This document shows positions 61,591 to 64,000 of a DNA stretch of 64,000 nt, one piece after another. Made by a program: the position numbers and the translations under genes. The notes under the pieces were generated by a model. It saw only the letters and a program-made list of their open reading frames with translations. It made no database searches and had not been told where the DNA came from. Each line of letters begins with the position of its first letter. Position 1 is the stretch's first letter. This DNA comes from Torpedo marmorata (Eukaryota), in assembly GCA_977017645.1 (NCBI GenBank), contig OZ360231.1:84134001-84198000 (forward strand), read 5' to 3'.

Positions 61591-62289
61591 CGCTATTTCT
61601 GGGGGGGGGGAGTCATGTGGCGGCCCGTCACCACGGAGATTGAGCACGCGGTAGTAAACAGCGGCATAACACACTGTAATGCGAACCTTAGCATAGCGAA
61701 CCGGAACGGTTGATAGCTGGAGAAGTACAAGACCAGCAGACCTAAAATGGCACTGGCCAATATGCCCAGCTAGCAGATCAATACAAGGCTGGGGAAGAAG
61801 GGTATTCATATGCAAGAACTTTCCCGCCCACTATTGTTATTCATGCGGCTCATGTCAACCAATCAACCAAACGGCGGGAACTCCAACTGTATAAAAGAAG
61901 CATTTCCAGCCTCAATAAAGCAGAGAGCTTAACCTTCCACATTGCGTGTGTGTGTTTCTTCATAGCAGTCGGCTACACTAATGTTTTGAAATCTAAATAC
62001 ACACACTTACACAATTACATTCGAGCATAGTGGGGTTAAGATTAGAGTTGAGTAAGTTTAAAGTTAAGTAAGAAATTTTCTATAATTAATAGTTTAATAA
62101 AACCTATTATTTTGAATTTCCCACTGTCTGCAGCATCTTCCATTGTTGTTCCTGTGTTAGTGCTAGAAGGGCTTGTTAGTTCGTAACATAAATTGGGGGT
62201 TCGAGTCCGGGATAGAACCATTTGGTTAAAATAAATCTTTTTGAAAGTAAATTAAAAGGCTTTTAGTGTGTGTGGACAAACAACAGCTT

Positions 62290-64000
62290 TGGAAATTGAA
62301 AACTGTTTGGCATCGCCAAACTTTGCAGAAGGCAAAAAAGGAGGAGTTGTTGCTTATTGCTAAATAGTTGAAACTTACGGGGATAAAAGTGTGGATGAGG
62401 AAAATTGAGATCTAAAGGATTATAAATGAATACTATGTAGAAGTGGATATTTTTGAAAAGGAGGTGTTAAAACAACCTCCTGAGAGTAACTTTTTTGAGC
62501 AGCAGTTACACCTGAGAGAGATGGAGTTAGAAAAATATAAAATTGATAGACAGTATGAGATAGAGATGGAAAAACTTAGATTAGAGGGAGAAGAGAGGAA
62601 AAGGAGATTTGAGGATGAGGAAGCTGCAAAACAGAAAGAGTTTGAGAGAGAAATGCAAACTTGGTCAGATTTTTCAGAATTTGCAAATGAGTATGATTTA
62701 AATCCAGAGATTAAATTAAAGCCAAGTGAAACCTTTAAAGAGGGACAAAATTCTGCTACATTTGCAGACGACTATCACAATGTGAAATTTGTACCCAAAA
62801 AATCTATTCAAGAAGGTGATTTGAAATACCCAAATAAGTTTGAAACTAAATGGGGAATTGTAGCCAGCGAAAGTGCTGTGCAAACTGATTTAAAAGCTGT
62901 GTCTAAAAGCTTTGCCAGTGGGAAAAGAACTGGACAGATTGATTTAAAGCAACGGGCTCAGAAACAAACAGGCTATGATGACTCATCAGTCACTTTGAAT
63001 GCTTCTGTGTTAGGTCAGAATTCTGATTTTAAACTTGAAAGTAATGACTTGTTGTGGTCTCGAGAGAAGTTTATACAGCATCAAGGAAAAGAAAAGAAAC
63101 CTGGTCAACTTTGTAATTATTGTAAGAAAACTGGTCATGTGGTAGTGAACTGTTTTTCCTTGAAGAGAAAGAGAGAACAGGAAACAGCAGCAGATGCTTG
63201 TAGTCAAAGAGGTGAAACACAAGGAAGTAAAAAGGGACCTGCTGGTAAAATTAGGAAGGAATTTAAATGTTTTGTTTCATAGGATAAAGTTTCATTAGAG
63301 GAAGGATCACCACAGGTAACAGTAAAAATACTCAGAGATACTGGGGCAGCTCAGTCACTTGTGTTGGCCAGTGTTTTGAAGTTTAGTGATACGACTGCCA
63401 CAGGTGAAATAAATTTGATTAAATGTTATGGAAGTGATGCGGAGGCAATACCTTTGCACAAGATAATGTTGAAATCAGAATTAGTTAATGGACCTGTTAA
63501 AATAGGGATCAGATCAAGTTTACCAGTGGATGGTATTTCATTGTTATTAGGGAATGATTTGGCAGAGGGTAAAGTTGTCCCTGCAGTGAAATTAACAGAT
63601 AAGCCAGTCATGGATGGAACAGAGACAGATTTAGATATATACCCAGCGTGTGCAGTGACAAGGGTGATGGCAAGAAGGCTTGCCAGTGAAGGCAGTAATG
63701 TACAAAATAATTTAAAGGGGTTGGAAGTCTGTGACAGTGAACAGCAGCTGGAAAAGGATTTGTCACTATCCAGGAAAAAATTAATAGAGAAACAAAATGA
63801 AGAAACTGATCTGGCTGACGTTAGGGATAAAGCACTCTCTAATGAGGAAATTAAGAAAGTGCCAGTTGGTTACTATTTCAAAGAGGGTATATTGATGAGA
63901 AAATGGAGATCAGTTGAGATTCCTGCTAATGAAGAGTGGGCAGTTGTTCACCAGGTTGTGGTTCCTAAAGTCTATAGAGATGAGATTTTAAACATGGCTC
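62290..64000 (+). pseudogene. Gmr1-like gag/protease/integrase start, rearranged and with stops
   Basis: ORF 62443-63282; DTGA at ~63340; LMRKWR...EWAVVHQVVVPK at the window end. Confidence 0.8.

Larger units (their letters stand above)
57784..61977 (+). mobile_element. CsRn1-clade Gypsy LTR retrotransposon, gag partly deleted
   Basis: LTRs 57784-58161 and 61616-61977 (TG...CA); PBS TGGTGACCCCGACG (tRNA-Trp) at 58164-58177; G-run PPT at 61601-61612; CHCC-type gag knuckle. Confidence 0.9.
56995..64000 (+). mobile_element. Second Gmr1-like Gypsy element (5' LTR ~56995-62188 interrupted by a CsRn1-like element); runs off the window
   Basis: LTR end TAACA at 62188; PBS TGGGGGTTCGAGTCCGGGAT (tRNA-Pro-like) at 62194-62213; CCHC CNYCKKTGHVVVNC; protease LRDTGAAQS; integrase N-terminus homologous to 22550-22790. 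Left LTR boundary inferred. Confidence 0.82.

Overview
Eukaryotic, gene-poor, transposon-saturated DNA. It is most likely from a cartilaginous fish (ray/shark); this is an inference from HE1/V-SINEs, CR1, Rex1/Babar, fish-type L1 and Neptune-type Penelope elements. No host protein-coding gene could be supported, and every long ORF is a retroelement remnant or a chimera of remnants. The window holds nested CR1, L1, Rex1/Babar and Penelope-like retrotransposons, several with readable target-site duplications (TSDs). It also has two Gmr1-like Gypsy LTR elements (integrase upstream of RT, tRNA-Pro primer-binding site, PBS) plus a solo LTR, and a GC-rich CsRn1-clade Gypsy element (CHCC gag, tRNA-Trp PBS, -1 frameshift signal). 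Smaller elements are hAT and Tc1/mariner non-autonomous DNA elements, tRNA V-SINEs and a 5S-rRNA-derived SINE. The most unusual structures are a 5-kb three-tier higher-order repeat (12.3-17.4 kb), a mosaic of locally templated insertions (7.6-8.4 kb), minimal hammerhead ribozymes with a shared non-canonical core, a 5S SINE with a Rex1-type tail, and a twin-primed L1. Fragment boundaries without TSDs are approximate (tens of bp).
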